From the sequence record NC_048046.1: 64,000 nucleotides of DNA. The stretch is one strand, 5' to 3'. Below are positions 62,052 through 64,000 of this stretch, one piece after another. Below the pieces are notes generated by a model. The model was not told the DNA's origin and made no database searches. It saw only the letters and a program-made list of their open reading frames with translations. A program made the position numbers and the translations under genes. The stretch's first letter is position 1. Each line of letters starts with the position of its first letter.

Positions 62052-62106
62052 CAGACGACTCTCACTCGCCTATCAGGCTAACTCTATAATAGAAGGAACC
62101 CATCCT

Positions 62107-62709
62107 GTGACCGCTCCGGTTACCTACATACCCAACTTCGCGCCGCCCTCGTTCAGGCACACGCTGTTCACGCGTCTGCGTGACGAACTGGCTTGGCAGC
62201 GTCGGGTGATGCGTAATGTGCGCATCGTGGATGGGCAGGAGCAGGTTACGGAACAGCCGGTCCCGCGCGCTGAATACTGGACCAACACCTTCGATCGCCC
62301 GTACACCTATGGTCGTGGCGCCGGTATCCGCACGTACGCTCCGCAGCCCGACCACGAGATCATCGACGTGCTGCGCAGCCTGATCAAGGTCATCCACGGA
62401 CCTTATCTGGAAGGCTGCTTCTTGAACATGTACGAGAACGGGCGCGACGCCCTGGGCTGGCACGCTGACGACGATCCCGGCATTGACCACTCCAAGCCGA
62501 TCGCCGTGATCACGCTCGGGGAGGGCAGGGAACTGCGTTACAAAGCGCAAGAGCCCGGCTCGCATCCGGTCAGCGTGTTCCTGGAGTCCGGCTCCCTGCT
62601 GCTGATGCACGCAGGTATGCAGCAGACCCATTACCACATGATCCCGGCAGTCAAGGACTACGAGATCGACGCCCGCATCTCTCTAACCTATAGGGGACTC
62701 ATCCAATGA
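62107..62709 (+). CDS. AlkB-family 2OG-Fe(II) dioxygenase
   Basis: NMYENGRDALGWHADD (HxD), HM, RISLTYR; GTG start after AAGGA. Confidence 0.9.
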   Translation: MTAPVTYIPNFAPPSFRHTLFTRLRDELAWQRRVMRNVRIVDGQEQVTEQPVPRAEYWTNTFDRPYTYGRGAGIRTYAPQPDHEIIDVLRSLIKVIHGPYLEGCFLNMYENGRDALGWHADDDPGIDHSKPIAVITLGEGRELRYKAQEPGSHPVSVFLESGSLLLMHAGMQQTHYHMIPAVKDYEIDARISLTYRGLIQ

Positions 62710-62828
62710 CCGAGCCGCAAGTCATCGAGCACAAGCACACCGTGAAGCTGGAAATCAGCTTCGATCTCTTCGGGATGTTTTCCAGCCTCGTCGGCATCGG
62801 CGTCATCTGCTGGCTGTTCCTGAAGTAG
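62706..62828 (+). CDS. small membrane peptide (40 aa)
   Basis: ATGA overlap, C-terminal hydrophobic helix. Confidence 0.5.
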   Translation: MTEPQVIEHKHTVKLEISFDLFGMFSSLVGIGVICWLFLK

Positions 62829-62829
62829 G

Positions 62830-63063
62830 ATGCCGGCCGACCGGTACGTGGTGGTCCATGCTCTCGAAGGGGAAGACGAGCAAGTCGTCCCCTTCGAGCG
62901 CAAAGGCCTAGCCTTCGCTTATGCCAAGCGGAAGCTGAAGCTCATCGACACGATGGATCGCTGCGTCGCGGTCCAGTTTCAGGTGGAAGGAGGCGCAGGC
63001 TGGGTTGCGCTCGACACCTGGAAGTTCTTCCACAATGGAGAGATCGACCACATCGCCCACTAA
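62830..63063 (+). CDS. hypothetical protein (77 aa)
   Basis: packed ORF. Confidence 0.55.
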   Translation: MPADRYVVVHALEGEDEQVVPFERKGLAFAYAKRKLKLIDTMDRCVAVQFQVEGGAGWVALDTWKFFHNGEIDHIAH

Positions 63064-63077
63064 CTAAAGGAGACCCC

Positions 63078-63560
63078 ATGAAACTCGCCATACTGATCGC
63101 CGCCGCTGCCCTGTTCTACACTCCGGCCTTGGCTCAATGCCCGGTCGGCGCGAACTGCATGGGTGATCCTCAAGCCTGGAACAAGATGTTCGGCAACACG
63201 CCGGCGCAGCGTGCCGAGCAGTCCAGCGCACGCCGCGCGGCCGAATCGGTAATCCAGGATCGGCAGACCCAAGCCAATGCTGATCTGCTGGGCGACATGG
63301 GGCAGGTAGAGCGCTACCGCCTGACCTACTCGGTCGAGGATACCCTGACCAGACTCAGCGGCGCTCCTGCCACCGTGCTGCGCGCCACCGTCCTGGCGCG
63401 GGGCGGTGGATACCTCTTCTGCGGCTCGGCGCTGTACGGTCAGCGGGACAGCGGCATCTTCGTGCTGGACACCCGACCCGGAGGGATCGCCACGCTACAC
63501 GCCTCCGAAAGCGTGTTCGCGGATGCCGGCTGCGGTGTTCCTGCGACGATCTTGCGATAG
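63078..63560 (+). CDS. exported hypothetical protein (160 aa)
   Basis: AAGGAG RBS; signal peptide MKLAILIAAAALFYTPALA. Confidence 0.7.
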   Translation: MKLAILIAAAALFYTPALAQCPVGANCMGDPQAWNKMFGNTPAQRAEQSSARRAAESVIQDRQTQANADLLGDMGQVERYRLTYSVEDTLTRLSGAPATVLRATVLARGGGYLFCGSALYGQRDSGIFVLDTRPGGIATLHASESVFADAGCGVPATILR

Positions 63561-63621
63561 GCCGTTGACAGGGTTCTAGAGTTTCTTTACATCGTCACCT
63601 GACGATCAGAGGAGACTAGAC

Positions 63622-64000
63622 ATGTTCGCCGAAGCCATGACCGACGACAGCTACCTTGCCGCCCTGGAAGCCGACGCGCAAGACCAGGACGCGCGCGTTG
63701 ATGAAGCCGATTGGGCCGCCGGCCTGATCGAAGACGTCGATCGTGAGGATTGGGTCTGGAAGAACCCGCGCATCGGCGAACGTCTCGATCTCGATAGCGG
63801 CCGACAAGTCTACACCATCCTGTGCGATGACGGCCAGGAGGAAGAGATCAAGGCCCTTATCCTGAAGCTCAACAAGAAGCTGAAGAAGTGGGACCAGACG
63901 ATCAACATCCTCGCGGAGGATGAGGTCATCAAGGAACACTGGCTTCGCGGCCATCACGTGGGCGCCGAGGTCACGGACGCCGAGCGCTCTTCTGACCAGA
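63622..64000 (+). CDS. acidic hypothetical protein, truncated by the window end
   Basis: AGGAG RBS, ATG 63622, open to the end. Confidence 0.65.
   Translation, partial: MFAEAMTDDSYLAALEADAQDQDARVDEADWAAGLIEDVDREDWVWKNPRIGERLDLDSGRQVYTILCDDGQEEEIKALILKLNKKLKKWDQTINILAEDEVIKEHWLRGHHVGAEVTDAERSSDQ

Overview
The whole window reads as a 64-kb internal segment of a large, GC-rich (about 65% by eye, not computed) dsDNA phage of Caulobacterales or related alphaproteobacteria, most like the phiCbK-type jumbo siphophages. This is an inference from the family-A DNA polymerase, rIIA/rIIB, a circularly permuted two-piece tmRNA and CtrA half-sites in promoters. No host housekeeping genes and no virion structural genes are visible. 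Contents: (1) a minus-strand replication and nucleotide module (ThyX, dNMP kinase, RecD/Dda helicase, SSB-like protein, Cas4-like and DnaQ-like exonucleases, PolA, two DNA methyltransferases); (2) a plus-strand non-coding RNA island at about 14.95-18.15 kb with a two-piece tmRNA, three tRNAs (two with unexpected long variable arms), tRNA-like mimics and at least seven copies of a covarying multi-hairpin RNA module I cannot assign to a known family, plus one embedded orphan protein; (3) SNF2 helicase, RNA ligases, NADAR, rIIAB, a minimal tyrosine recombinase and a large primase-helicase with a degenerate Walker A; (4) a long accessory and counter-defence region (DNA ligase, glycosylase, NAMPT plus NMNAT-Nudix, HD hydrolase, RtcB, a Ter/TelA cluster, AlkB). 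Three recurrent intergenic DNA motifs define a regulatory code. The repeated ncRNA module is the best candidate for an undescribed system.
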